DNA of 43,606 nucleotides from Anaerolinea sp. (GCA_020722415.1 DYKV01000002.1:15718-59323), one strand, 5' to 3'. Shown: positions 24,747-34,022, counted from the first letter of the stretch. The notes: a model not told the origin generated them from the letters alone. Made by a program: numbers and translations.

Positions 24747-27125
24747 ATGCCGGATTCTAAACAGGTATTTCTTGATACTGAAACAGTTGGCCTACATGGT
24801 TTGCCTGTCCTTTTGCAATATGCAATAGAAGATGGCCCTATTATTTTGTATGAGATTTGGAAGCAACCAATAAATGAAACATTACGATTGATTGAGTATC
24901 TTTGTGGCCAACAAATTATTGGTTTCAACTTGGTGTTTGATTGGTGGCATCTTGCAAAGGTTTATACAATCTGGCGGCTCTGTCCAGGTGATTGGATTCC
25001 AGAGCAACATATTAACGAGATTGCCTGTAAAGAACATGAAGGATGCGATGGCCCTTGTATCAAGCCGGTTGCAGCCTGCGACTTGCTTCTACACTCGCGA
25101 CGCGGTCCTTATCAATCTCTTATGGATCGTGAAGATATTCGTATTAAACGAGTTCCTACTGCATTAGCGTATGCGCTTGCACAAGAGTTAGAAAAGCAAA
25201 TCGAGCTAGATGGTATCTACTTTGCTAGGCGAGCAGATAAGGAAGCACCGCGATGGAAGGTTATGGATATTATATCCAAAACTGGTAAAGTTAATCAAGA
25301 CTTCAAGGATGTTGTGTTAAAGTTCAATCCCGCTGGCGGTCTGAAGTTCTTGGCAGAGTATGCATTGAAAATGAAGCCAAAACATTACTTTGGCGATATT
25401 GATTTAGATGATTCATGGAAACCTTATGAATTAGGCTATGCCCCATATTGCACTGCAATTGCACAACCTCCCTCGTGGGAGTGCTATGATGATAGTGGAA
25501 AGATCATTGGTAAGGCGTGGCCAGCATTGATTAGTGAACATATTCGACATTGGCATGAAAATGAAGCAGCGCGCGAATATGCTCGTGATGATGTGATCTA
25601 TACGCGACTTTTGTATAAGCATTTTGGCAGCCCTGTTCCTGGTGATGATGATTCTGAGCTAGCATGTATGGTTGCTGTAGTGCGGTGGCATGGTTTCGAA
25701 ATCAACCGCGATGGTATCGAAAAATTGTTGCAGAAAGCAACAGCTAAGGTTGCACAAGCCCCAATCAATGTAAATCAGCCTCGCGCGGTGCGTCGATACC
25801 TGACGGATGTGATGGATGATTTGGAAGCTATCATTATTGAGGAAAGTACACGTAAACAGAATCTTGAACAAATTGCTCGATGGGTAATTGAAAAGGAAGA
25901 GGTTTGTAGTAAGTGTGGCGGTGATGGATGTTCGCGTTGTAATGGCACCGGCAAGCTACAACCCGGTGTACACCCTGCGGCGATCCGTGCAAAACAGATT
26001 CTTGACATTAAGATTGCTGGCAAGGAGATTGAACTCTATACAAAATTGCTCCGCGCAGGTCGCTTGCACGCTAGCTTCAAAGTCATTGGCACACTATCTT
26101 CTCGTATGTCAGGCAGCGATGGCTTAAATGCCCAGGGCATTAAACATACTAAGGATGTACGCAAGATGTTCCCATTGACATGGGACGATTACGTGTTGTG
26201 TGGTGGCGACTTCGATTCATTCGAAGTTGTTCTTGCAGATGCAGTATTCAATGATCCTGCACTGCGACAAACATTGATGGAAGGTAAGAAAATTCACGCT
26301 TTATTGGGTGTCGAATTATTCCCAGGAAAAAACTATCAGGATATAATTGATTCAGATGGCAAAGAGATTGATTATTATATAAAAGCAAAACAAAGCATGT
26401 TCGGCTTTTTGTATGGTGGTGACTTTAATACTTGGAACCAGAAGTTAGGGATTGATCTCGATCAAGCTAAGAAAGCATTCGATAAGTGGTGTGCAAAGTA
26501 TCCTGGCATTGGTGAAGCACGTATGCGAATTCACGATGCCTTCTGCTCGATGCGTCAGCCAGGTGGCATTGGAACAAAAGTCATATGGCATGAACCAGAT
26601 GACTATGTTGAAACCTTTCTTGGCTTCCGCCGATACTTTACCTTGGAAAACAAAATCTGCAAAGCTCTTTTCAATCTTGCCAATAAACCACCGTCTGCAT
26701 GGCGACAATGTCCAATTAAAGTAGTCAGGCGGGATCGGGTACAGACAGCTGGCGGAGCTGTGGCTTCTGCGTTATACAGTTGTGCATTTCAGATTCAGGC
26801 TGCCAATATGCGGGCTGCCAATAATCACTTAATCCAGTCAGCAGGTGCTCAAATCACAAAGATTGTGCAGAGGAAAATTTGGGATGCACAACCGGCTGGG
26901 ATTCATCCTTGGCATGTGGCTCCAATGAATATCCATGATGAAATTATCTGCGTTACAAGACCGGATATGGTTGACGTAATTGCACAGATAGTGTCTGACA
27001 CAGTTGAATCTTTCCGGGCACAAGTACCCTTGATTGGTATGAAATGGAATCTGGAAATGGAAAATTGGGCAGAAAAGAAAAGTGGAAGCAAACAAATTCA
27101 TATTACTTGGAGAAAATCAACATGA
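24747..27125 (+). CDS. Family A DNA polymerase with 3'-5' exonuclease domain and Zn-finger insert
   Basis: ExoI LDTETVG, ExoII GFNLVFD, ExoIII YARDD; motif A DFDSFE, motif B KQSMFGFLYG, LIQSAGA, motif C IHDE. Confidence 0.9.
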   Translation: MPDSKQVFLDTETVGLHGLPVLLQYAIEDGPIILYEIWKQPINETLRLIEYLCGQQIIGFNLVFDWWHLAKVYTIWRLCPGDWIPEQHINEIACKEHEGCDGPCIKPVAACDLLLHSRRGPYQSLMDREDIRIKRVPTALAYALAQELEKQIELDGIYFARRADKEAPRWKVMDIISKTGKVNQDFKDVVLKFNPAGGLKFLAEYALKMKPKHYFGDIDLDDSWKPYELGYAPYCTAIAQPPSWECYDDSGKIIGKAWPALISEHIRHWHENEAAREYARDDVIYTRLLYKHFGSPVPGDDDSELACMVAVVRWHGFEINRDGIEKLLQKATAKVAQAPINVNQPRAVRRYLTDVMDDLEAIIIEESTRKQNLEQIARWVIEKEEVCSKCGGDGCSRCNGTGKLQPGVHPAAIRAKQILDIKIAGKEIELYTKLLRAGRLHASFKVIGTLSSRMSGSDGLNAQGIKHTKDVRKMFPLTWDDYVLCGGDFDSFEVVLADAVFNDPALRQTLMEGKKIHALLGVELFPGKNYQDIIDSDGKEIDYYIKAKQSMFGFLYGGDFNTWNQKLGIDLDQAKKAFDKWCAKYPGIGEARMRIHDAFCSMRQPGGIGTKVIWHEPDDYVETFLGFRRYFTLENKICKALFNLANKPPSAWRQCPIKVVRRDRVQTAGGAVASALYSCAFQIQAANMRAANNHLIQSAGAQITKIVQRKIWDAQPAGIHPWHVAPMNIHDEIICVTRPDMVDVIAQIVSDTVESFRAQVPLIGMKWNLEMENWAEKKSGSKQIHITWRKST

Positions 27126-27376
27126 AGAATCGAGCCGGAGGCATCACACTACTCAATGCACGTTATACGGCACTCCCACCAACAATCCGAATTGAGTGGG
27201 GGCAACACAAGGATTCAATATATCTTGGCTTAATGTATATAAAAACTCCAGAGCAGCCGCTTTCGGTAATGGGTGGCACAGCCAAGTTTGTACTTCGTAT
27301 GATTGCATTTTCATTTCTCTGGTGGTTTATTTCATTGAATTGGACAACTTATCGTTATTCGGAGAAGACTCGATGA
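27122..27376 (+). CDS. Hypothetical protein
   Basis: ATGA overlap with the polymerase stop, GGAG RBS; hydrophobic C-terminus. Confidence 0.5.
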   Translation: MKNRAGGITLLNARYTALPPTIRIEWGQHKDSIYLGLMYIKTPEQPLSVMGGTAKFVLRMIAFSFLWWFISLNWTTYRYSEKTR

Positions 27377-27726
27377 TTAACGACACAGCAAAAATCCTGA
27401 CAAAGTTAGCAGCAAATCAAAAGCTGCTCCAACTGATTACATTGATGTACATATCCCAGGAAGATGGCATCGAATTTCCCCTTGACAAATTGGTTGGTGA
27501 TTGGGATAATGCAAAAGCAGGTATGCGGGTCAAAGTGACTTTCACAGACCCGTATAAAGTTGAAGATGGCATCTTGATGGTGTTGCCGGGTTTAGCAGAT
27601 GATCTACTAAAATGGGGTATTGTGTATGTCCCTGATAGTAACCTATACGAAGGGAATCAAACTTGGTATTGCTTGAAATACTTAGCATGTTTATGTGATA
27701 CAATTGAATTGGAGACACTATGGTGA
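27373..27726 (+). CDS. Hypothetical protein
   Basis: ATGA coupling, GGAG RBS. Confidence 0.55.
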   Translation: MINDTAKILTKLAANQKLLQLITLMYISQEDGIEFPLDKLVGDWDNAKAGMRVKVTFTDPYKVEDGILMVLPGLADDLLKWGIVYVPDSNLYEGNQTWYCLKYLACLCDTIELETLW

Positions 27727-27944
27727 ACATTGAAAATGAAATTACAAAGCTCACTACTCAACAAGTGCGTGCGCTAGCCAGCCAATACAAGCTGGCCGAC
27801 TGGCGCACCGCTGATATTGGCACCATTCGACGCAAATTGATTGTACTTGCAGAAACAACCCCGATTCTTGAAGGTCAGCGGACGTATGAATCTACCAACC
27901 TAGATTTTTGGAGGTTTAGGGACGGTGAACAAACCAAGGATTAG
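27720..27944 (+). CDS. Hypothetical protein
   Basis: GGAG RBS; tiles the operon. Confidence 0.5.
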   Translation: MVNIENEITKLTTQQVRALASQYKLADWRTADIGTIRRKLIVLAETTPILEGQRTYESTNLDFWRFRDGEQTKD

Positions 27945-28329
27945 AAAAGCTCACGGCCCTGAGTATGGAATTCAGCGAGAGGTAATCCGTTTTCTCCGTA
28001 CTCGCGGCTGGCATGTAGAGCGGTTGGTTGGTTTCGCCTGGCAATATGGGCTTCCAGACCTATTGGCAGTGCATCCAAAGTTTGGTTTACGATTCATTGA
28101 AGTCAAGAATCCAGATGAATATACATTTACTCGTGCTCAAAGAATTAAATTCCCAATTCTTGATTCCTTTGGTATGGGTATTTGGATTATCACAGGGGCA
28201 ACCGATGAAGAATATGACAAGTTGTTTGGTTCCCCCAATTGGCGTGATTACTGGAAACCACAATGGGGAGCCATTAATGTAGACGAGTTGTTAAAACAGA
28301 TTGAAACGGAGGATAATGATGCCGTTTAA
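27925..28329 (+). CDS. VRR-NUC domain nuclease
   Basis: E..IQ...I.FLR.RGW, GLPDLLA, FIEVK, TRAQ. Confidence 0.85.
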   Translation: MNKPRIRKAHGPEYGIQREVIRFLRTRGWHVERLVGFAWQYGLPDLLAVHPKFGLRFIEVKNPDEYTFTRAQRIKFPILDSFGMGIWIITGATDEEYDKLFGSPNWRDYWKPQWGAINVDELLKQIETEDNDAV

Positions 28330-28450
28330 GAGTAAAGCTCAACGCAGGTGGATGTACGCTAACAAGCCGGAAATGGCTAAGAAATGGGAGAAACATACAC
28401 CTAAGAGCAAAAAGCTCCCTGAAAAAGTTTCAAAGAAAGGGAAGAAATGA
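28319..28450 (+). CDS. Small basic phage protein (43 aa, not in ORF track)
   Basis: MPFKSKAQRRWMYANKPEMAKKWEKHTPKSKKLPEKVSKKGKK; GGAGG RBS; MPFKS.AQRR....N.PE.A..W is a recurrent phage motif. Confidence 0.8.
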   Translation: MPFKSKAQRRWMYANKPEMAKKWEKHTPKSKKLPEKVSKKGKK

Positions 28451-28902
28451 ATCCTTGGTCTTGTATGGGAGTCTCATTTTCTCGTGCCATTGGCATCGAA
28501 TTTGCAGACTTTGTTAAATGTGTCGGGCATAGTGGAGCTGGGGAAGCTAATCATAATGGCTTTCATCCACAGGAATGTATCGACGTTGCTTTACACTATG
28601 GTTTTAGTTGCACGCCTATTCAGCTTTTTGCAGGTATGATCTATGGGCCAGGACAACCCCCAGTTGTGTTATGGTCCAAGGAGGAAGCAACTCGACGGTT
28701 TGAAAAGTATGTCAATAGCACAAAACGAGGCGTTTTCGAAGGTATCCGGCTAAAGGAAGGCAACAAAGGCATTGGTCACGCGGTAGCATTGATTGACGGC
28801 ATGATTTATGATAATGAAACAAAGTACCCGGTAGCCGAGTGTACTGCACACAACTTCCATCCGCAAACATTATGGATTATTAAAAATGAGCAAGTTTTAT
28901 GA
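28447..28902 (+). CDS. Putative papain-like (C39-like) cysteine peptidase
   Basis: N-terminal WSCMGVSFSRAIG and C-terminal GHAVALIDGMIYD give a Cys-His-Asp arrangement. Confidence 0.5.
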   Translation: MNPWSCMGVSFSRAIGIEFADFVKCVGHSGAGEANHNGFHPQECIDVALHYGFSCTPIQLFAGMIYGPGQPPVVLWSKEEATRRFEKYVNSTKRGVFEGIRLKEGNKGIGHAVALIDGMIYDNETKYPVAECTAHNFHPQTLWIIKNEQVL

Positions 28903-29513
28903 TCAGACCGGTAAAATATATTTTCACGTATGATAAACAAAAATTTGCTAATGCCCTGAAAACATCCCTGGATCAAGGATTACCGACAGAGGATTTGTAT
29001 ACACAAGTGCTTGGAATCGGTCAAGAAGTGATTGGGAGATTGTTGCAAGAGAACCCATTGTACGCGAATTATATTGATGATCTTATCAGCGACTTGGATG
29101 AACGCTGTGTTGAACTTGTTCAGCATCTTATGACAAAGCCAAAAAAGTATCCTGTGGCATATATCCGTCGTGCCATTTGGAATAGATTTTTGGATGTTGT
29201 TAACAACACGAAAAGTGTACGAGAGACCCGACAAACAAAAGTTCGGCTAACAAAAAAAAATAAACCAACACTCCAACAAACCCCCTTAAAAAGTGACACC
29301 CGAAGTCATATGCCGGAATATTTGAAAGAAACATGGGAGATACTATGCAAAATAGCAAAAACAGATTTTGAAATTAAAGTTATGAGGTTACGGGCGCAAG
29401 GATATACTAAAATTGAGATTAGTAAGCAGCTTGGTGTACATAGACTAAAAGTATTACGCACGTTGAAGGCGCTTTTAATTCGTTACAAAGACTACATGGA
29501 GAACAAAAAATGA
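28899..29513 (+). CDS. Sigma-70/ECF-like sigma factor or HTH regulator
   Basis: Region-2-like DDLIS...AYIRRAIWNRFLD; region-4 HTH LRAQGYTKIEISKQLGVHRLKV. Confidence 0.7.
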   Translation: MIRPVKYIFTYDKQKFANALKTSLDQGLPTEDLYTQVLGIGQEVIGRLLQENPLYANYIDDLISDLDERCVELVQHLMTKPKKYPVAYIRRAIWNRFLDVVNNTKSVRETRQTKVRLTKKNKPTLQQTPLKSDTRSHMPEYLKETWEILCKIAKTDFEIKVMRLRAQGYTKIEISKQLGVHRLKVLRTLKALLIRYKDYMENKK

Positions 29514-29995
29514 GAACAGTAATTTGGTCCGTTGTAGCAGCCTTGACACTATGCATTGTTGTAGTTGATCATTATTCCATCAATATGGCTTTAACAGAAT
29601 TTGAATCAGCCAGAGACTATAATACTGCTGAAATGACTCAAGCCTTTCAGATGCAAGATTCTGTTCGCTTTGCAGCAGTATCACAAGAGGTTGTTCGGAT
29701 GCAGGCACAGCGAATCATTAAACTGGAAAATGCCCTTGAGGAAGCTGGTAAAATTGTACAAGCAACTATAGCAGAGAAAAAACGTGTAGAGCAGGTGCTT
29801 GAAGAGACTGCTAAAACTGTGGCTGAGCTAAATAAAGAAAATGCCGAGCTACAAGCGGAAGTTGACACCCTCGCCCCGGTGTTTGAGGAAAAGGTGCAAG
29901 AGGCAAAGGAGTTACAGAAACAGCTTGCAACAATTCAAAAGACACTTGACAAGTTGACTTCTAGGGTTATTGAAAAATTGGAGAATACTGACTGA
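29510..29995 (+). CDS. N-terminally membrane-anchored coiled-coil protein
   Basis: Hydrophobic N-terminus then long heptad E/K/Q-rich helix. Confidence 0.65.
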   Translation: MRTVIWSVVAALTLCIVVVDHYSINMALTEFESARDYNTAEMTQAFQMQDSVRFAAVSQEVVRMQAQRIIKLENALEEAGKIVQATIAEKKRVEQVLEETAKTVAELNKENAELQAEVDTLAPVFEEKVQEAKELQKQLATIQKTLDKLTSRVIEKLENTD

Positions 29996-30297
29996 TGAAG
30001 ACTGCCATTATTGCTTTACTAGCTTTCGGGTTGATTGGTCTTGGCACTTGTTTTATTACTTACAAGCGACAAGCCGAGAATACAATTGACCACTATCAGC
30101 AACGAGCACTCAAAATTCGCTTCGAGAAAAATGAGGCACAGCGAAAGATTAACATTCTCATTCAGACGCTCAATGACGTGACAGCTGAGAATGCTTTAAT
30201 TATTCGTCAATTACAGGCCGAGATACAACGACTTCGTCGTGCGGCCCCACCTATATCAAAGCCAAATGGAGTAACCGATGCCCGGTGTCGATATTGA
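29995..30297 (+). CDS. N-terminally membrane-anchored coiled-coil protein
   Basis: MKTAIIALLAFGLIGLG then coiled coil. Confidence 0.6.
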   Translation: MKTAIIALLAFGLIGLGTCFITYKRQAENTIDHYQQRALKIRFEKNEAQRKINILIQTLNDVTAENALIIRQLQAEIQRLRRAAPPISKPNGVTDARCRY

Positions 30298-30520
30298 AGT
30301 TATCCGTCATGTCTCTGGCAATAAGACGAAACGCATCAAGCTGACAGCCGCACATGTTTTAGAGTATCTAAGGTCCAAACGTGTGCGTCTGCCAGATTCT
30401 TTGCCAGAAGTCTATATTCGTGTTCCACAAGACGGTGAGTATAGTACAGGTGAAAAGATAACTATCGGCGGAAATACATGTATTGAAGTGGTATTTTATG
30501 AGCAAAAGCGAGGCCTCTAA
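30278..30520 (+). CDS. Hypothetical protein
   Basis: GGAG RBS; coupled to next gene. Confidence 0.55.
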   Translation: MPGVDIEVIRHVSGNKTKRIKLTAAHVLEYLRSKRVRLPDSLPEVYIRVPQDGEYSTGEKITIGGNTCIEVVFYEQKRGL

Positions 30521-31515
30521 TGCGACAACCAGCCTATTTGAGTCCATCTCAATTAGCACTATGGGGCACTAACCGGGAAGAATACTATTTGAGGCATTTG
30601 GCTGAGCTTCCTGCTCCTAGAATTCCCCAAGCAAATTTCATGGCGATTGGGTCAAGTTTCGATGCATATGTGAAATCAGCACTTTATGAAGCCATCAATG
30701 GCAAAGGGGCAGACCCTAAATATGAATTTGATTCAATCTTTTGTGATCAAGTTGAGCCGCAAAATCGTGACTGGGCACGTGAACATGGCTTGTATGTTTT
30801 TAACTGCTATAAGGCAACAGGTGCCTATGACGAGTTACTTGAAATCCTACGTGGGAGCGCGTATGCTTCACAATTTGAATTCAAGATTACTGGCACCATT
30901 GAAGGCGTTCCGCTTCTCGGTAAGCCTGACTTGCGATTTATTCACAAAACAGGCGCGCACGTAATTTTGGACTGGAAGGTGTCAGGATATTGTAGCAAGA
31001 AAGGAACAAGCCCATGCAAAAACTACAAGCTAATACGCGATGGTTGGAACAAATCTGTTGCACCACCTTCGCGGGGTGCTAACCAAGCCCACAAAAATTA
31101 TAAGCCAATGGATTGGAAAGGTGTTGAAATTCATAATGGTTGGCTCGAAGATGCCAATCGTGATTGGGCAGATCAACTTGCCATTTATTCATGGCTGCTT
31201 GGTGAATCGGTTGGTAGCGAAAATGTAATTGTATGCATTGACCAAATTGTTGCGACACCGACATATGGGCTGCCACTTTTACGTGTAGTAAACCATCGAG
31301 CGAGAATCTCTGCTATTCATCAACGAAATCTTTTGTCACGATTGCAATCTTGCTGGAAGGCTATTACCAGTGGCTATATCTTCACGGATATGTCGCGTGA
31401 GGATAGTGACGCTAGGTGTGAAATGTTGGAACGACAAGCAATAATGGCAAACATTGATACACCGGAATTACGGTTTCTCAATGAAGTTGCCCGTGAACAA
31501 AGGTTTCATAAATGA
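30520..31515 (+). CDS. PD-(D/E)XK (RecB/Cas4-like) exonuclease
   Basis: YLSPSQL, IGSSFD, LGKPDL...ILDWKVSG, QLAIY. Confidence 0.8.
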   Translation: MRQPAYLSPSQLALWGTNREEYYLRHLAELPAPRIPQANFMAIGSSFDAYVKSALYEAINGKGADPKYEFDSIFCDQVEPQNRDWAREHGLYVFNCYKATGAYDELLEILRGSAYASQFEFKITGTIEGVPLLGKPDLRFIHKTGAHVILDWKVSGYCSKKGTSPCKNYKLIRDGWNKSVAPPSRGANQAHKNYKPMDWKGVEIHNGWLEDANRDWADQLAIYSWLLGESVGSENVIVCIDQIVATPTYGLPLLRVVNHRARISAIHQRNLLSRLQSCWKAITSGYIFTDMSREDSDARCEMLERQAIMANIDTPELRFLNEVAREQRFHK

Positions 31516-31534
31516 CTAAAACTACAGGTGAAAC

Positions 31535-31783
31535 ATGCTTTCTGACACAGTATTAAAACGTTTGCTTGGAGCAGATTTGACAGGCGACAAACTGACGGGA
31601 TTGTTTACTGACATGGCTAATATGATGATTTTATCCGATGCAGCGCAAGCCTCGCTGGTTTTAGGCTATGTCGATGATCTTCGTGAATTACAACCTGGAG
31701 ACTTCATTCCTACAATCACAATGTCCCTTACACGTTATACCGAGGTCAAGGATATTGCGACAAATGCTTCAGACCATCATTGA
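31535..31783 (+). CDS. Hypothetical protein
   Basis: AGGTG RBS; 82 aa. Confidence 0.55.
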   Translation: MLSDTVLKRLLGADLTGDKLTGLFTDMANMMILSDAAQASLVLGYVDDLRELQPGDFIPTITMSLTRYTEVKDIATNASDHH

Positions 31784-33050
31784 TTTTATTAGTTCACAGT
31801 TAGCAAATAATCAATTCCTCAGTGGCGGTGCTGTGCTTGCCGCTGGTGGCATCTTGTTGGCATATTTGCGCAGTGTGCCATCGTGGATTTATAATTGGCT
31901 GAAACGCCAAATAATGACTGAAATTGATGTACCTGATCGTGATGAGTCCTTTAAGTGGTTATGTGTTTGGTTATCCCAGCATCCATATCGCAAGCGTTGC
32001 CGTCGGTGGACGATTCAAACTCGTCGCAATCGTAATAGTGAATATGAAAATGATAGGCATGACTACAAGAAACCACAAATCATTTTATCACCTGCACCAG
32101 GAGTTCATTTTCTATGGTACAAAAATCGGTTAATGATTTTGCAACGTGACCGCAAGGATGGTGGTCAAGATAAAAATGTTGCTTCAGTATTGGGATATCG
32201 TGAAACCTTCAACATTCGATTGTTCAGCCGCAATACTCAATTGATTATTGATTTGATTGAAGAAGCTAGAAGAACAGCAAATCCAGTAGGAGAAGAACGT
32301 ATTAGAATCTTATGTCCGGGTTACAATAATTGGTATGAGGCTACACGACGTATGATTCGTCCATTGGATTCTGTGATTCTAGATGGCAATTTATCTAACC
32401 TGTTATTGACAGATGTTAAGCAATTTCTTGACTCCGAAAAATGGTATAATAAACATGGTATCCCATATCGACGTGGATATTTATTACATGGTCCACCTGG
32501 TAATGGAAAGTCTTCTATTGTCACGGCTATTGCTTCCCATTTAAAACTCGATATTTGTGTATTAAATCTCAATGCATTTGGACTATCAGATGAAAAACTC
32601 ATGGAGCTAATGACATCAGTTCCTTTGAATAGTATCATCCTCATTGAGGATATTGATTGTGTTTTTTGTGACCGAAAGAGGGTTGATGAGAACGAAAATA
32701 TTACTTTTTCAGGACTACTTAATGCTATAGATGGAGTTATATCGAGTGAGGGTCGAATCCTATTTATGACAACCAATCACAAAGAAACTCTTGACCCTGC
32801 TCTAATTCGTCCTGGCAGAATTGATTTAGATTTATTCATTGGTAATGCCTCAAAGGATCAAGCACGTCGTTTATTCTTGCAATTCTTTCCTCAGGCAGAA
32901 ACCTTAGCAGACAACTTTGCTCAAAAAGTTGCCTCTAGAAATCTTAGCATGGCTCAATTGCAAGGTCATTTACTTAAATTTCGAGATAACCCAGTTGATG
33001 CTTCTACTCAACCGGTGCAAGAACTTGTCAACCAGGAGATTCCATGCTAG
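31764..33050 (+). CDS. BCS1-like AAA+ ATPase (N-terminal TM + BCS1_N-like domain)
   Basis: NQFLSGGAVLAAGG TM, PAPGVHFLWY, RPLDSVIL, WY...GIPYRRGYLLHGPPGNGKSS, IEDID, TFSGLLNAIDG, MTTNH, LDPALIRPGRID, SMAQLQG. Confidence 0.9.
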   Translation: MLQTIIDFISSQLANNQFLSGGAVLAAGGILLAYLRSVPSWIYNWLKRQIMTEIDVPDRDESFKWLCVWLSQHPYRKRCRRWTIQTRRNRNSEYENDRHDYKKPQIILSPAPGVHFLWYKNRLMILQRDRKDGGQDKNVASVLGYRETFNIRLFSRNTQLIIDLIEEARRTANPVGEERIRILCPGYNNWYEATRRMIRPLDSVILDGNLSNLLLTDVKQFLDSEKWYNKHGIPYRRGYLLHGPPGNGKSSIVTAIASHLKLDICVLNLNAFGLSDEKLMELMTSVPLNSIILIEDIDCVFCDRKRVDENENITFSGLLNAIDGVISSEGRILFMTTNHKETLDPALIRPGRIDLDLFIGNASKDQARRLFLQFFPQAETLADNFAQKVASRNLSMAQLQGHLLKFRDNPVDASTQPVQELVNQEIPC

Positions 33051-33103
33051 ATTTGTTTAGTGGAACAGGGACAACGCTTCGAGTATTTGGAGTCACAAAA
33101 TGA
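33017..33103 (+). pseudogene. Relic of an N4/N6 DNA methyltransferase (SAM-binding motif I only)
   Basis: Alternative frame reads ARTCQPGDSMLDLFSGTGTTLRVFGVTK*, matching PGDxVLDPFxGSGTT. Confidence 0.6.
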
Positions 33104-33357
33104 GTCTCGCCCCGGTTGATTTTACTGGCCGCACAATTGAAATCGGCCACATTATTGCCTACCCCGTTAGACGGGGTTCTGAAATGTGGCTTCGCCGGTT
33201 GACAGTTGAAGCTATTGAAATTATTCAATCAACACCGCCAACATTTAAACTACATGGACACAATGACAATGGCCGGCCTGCTATAATTGAAACGCCAAAC
33301 CGATGTGTTATTATTAACTACCAATCTCAACAAAGGGTGCTCCATGAAAACATTTGA
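33100..33357 (+). CDS. Hypothetical phage protein
   Basis: DFTGRTIEIGHIIAYP (D..G..I..GD.V-like motif); GGAG RBS. Confidence 0.6.
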   Translation: MSLAPVDFTGRTIEIGHIIAYPVRRGSEMWLRRLTVEAIEIIQSTPPTFKLHGHNDNGRPAIIETPNRCVIINYQSQQRVLHENI

Positions 33358-33595
33358 TTATACATGTTCAAAGTGTGGATTCACATTCACCTATTTGCAA
33401 CATGGTGATGTGCCCCCGCCATATTGCCCTAAGTGTAGGGGGCATGTTACTAGGATTATTAGCGCCCCGCGTGCAGTCAATTATAATGGTCCCTGGTCGG
33501 CTCGATTCCGCAGAGGATTGAGCGGACAAAAGCCTACTCCCAACTACCCTATCTTTTGTGACACAGATTTCAATGCACCCAAAACAAGCGTTTGA
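33344..33595 (+). CDS. FmdB-like zinc ribbon protein
   Basis: FDYTCSKCG..F...CPKC....RIISAP. Confidence 0.75.
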   Translation: MKTFDYTCSKCGFTFTYLQHGDVPPPYCPKCRGHVTRIISAPRAVNYNGPWSARFRRGLSGQKPTPNYPIFCDTDFNAPKTSV

Positions 33596-34022
33596 AGAAT
33601 ACTTTAAGTTTCGGCGTACAACCTGCTTCAATAAAGAGAAGCAGCCTGCAAAGGAACGTAAAGACTGGTTGTCGCATGATAAACGTTATCGCATTACATG
33701 GCGTCGTGTTGTTTTGGGCGTTCATGTTCCAGCACGATACTATGCACTAAAAAAGCTATGGGTCAGTCACCCGGACGGCGGGTGGCCTATATGGGATTTT
33801 GTAAAAGATCGACGCCCTTACAGGACACTGTATGCGGCAGTTAAAGCCTGTATGCAATCTGAAAAGATAGAGATTGAAGCGCAGCTTGCGCCAAAACGCA
33901 GACAGCGTAAAAAAACTGAGTCTACTAAAACACGTACCCCCTTGCCTGTCGAGCAGCCAAAGAAACGTGGGCGTCCCAAGGGGTCAAAGAATAAAAAACC
34001 TCGTGTGGACAAGGGACGATGA
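33573..34022 (+). CDS. Basic protein with C-terminal AT-hook-like motif
   Basis: KKRGRPKGSKNKKPR. Confidence 0.6.
   Translation: MHPKQAFEEYFKFRRTTCFNKEKQPAKERKDWLSHDKRYRITWRRVVLGVHVPARYYALKKLWVSHPDGGWPIWDFVKDRRPYRTLYAAVKACMQSEKIEIEAQLAPKRRQRKKTESTKTRTPLPVEQPKKRGRPKGSKNKKPRVDKGR

Noticed and set aside
7140-27125. Z-genome (2-aminoadenine) system
   Set aside because: DUF5664 and a divergent PolA are present, but no PurZ-like adenylosuccinate synthetase paralog is in the window, so it cannot be claimed
29510-30297. Spanin pair / lysis cassette
   Set aside because: TM-coiled-coil layout is suggestive, but there is no adjacent endolysin or holin and no convincing lipobox
30520-31515. Cas4 of a CRISPR system
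   Set aside because: No other cas genes or array; a stand-alone phage PD-(D/E)XK exonuclease is the simpler call
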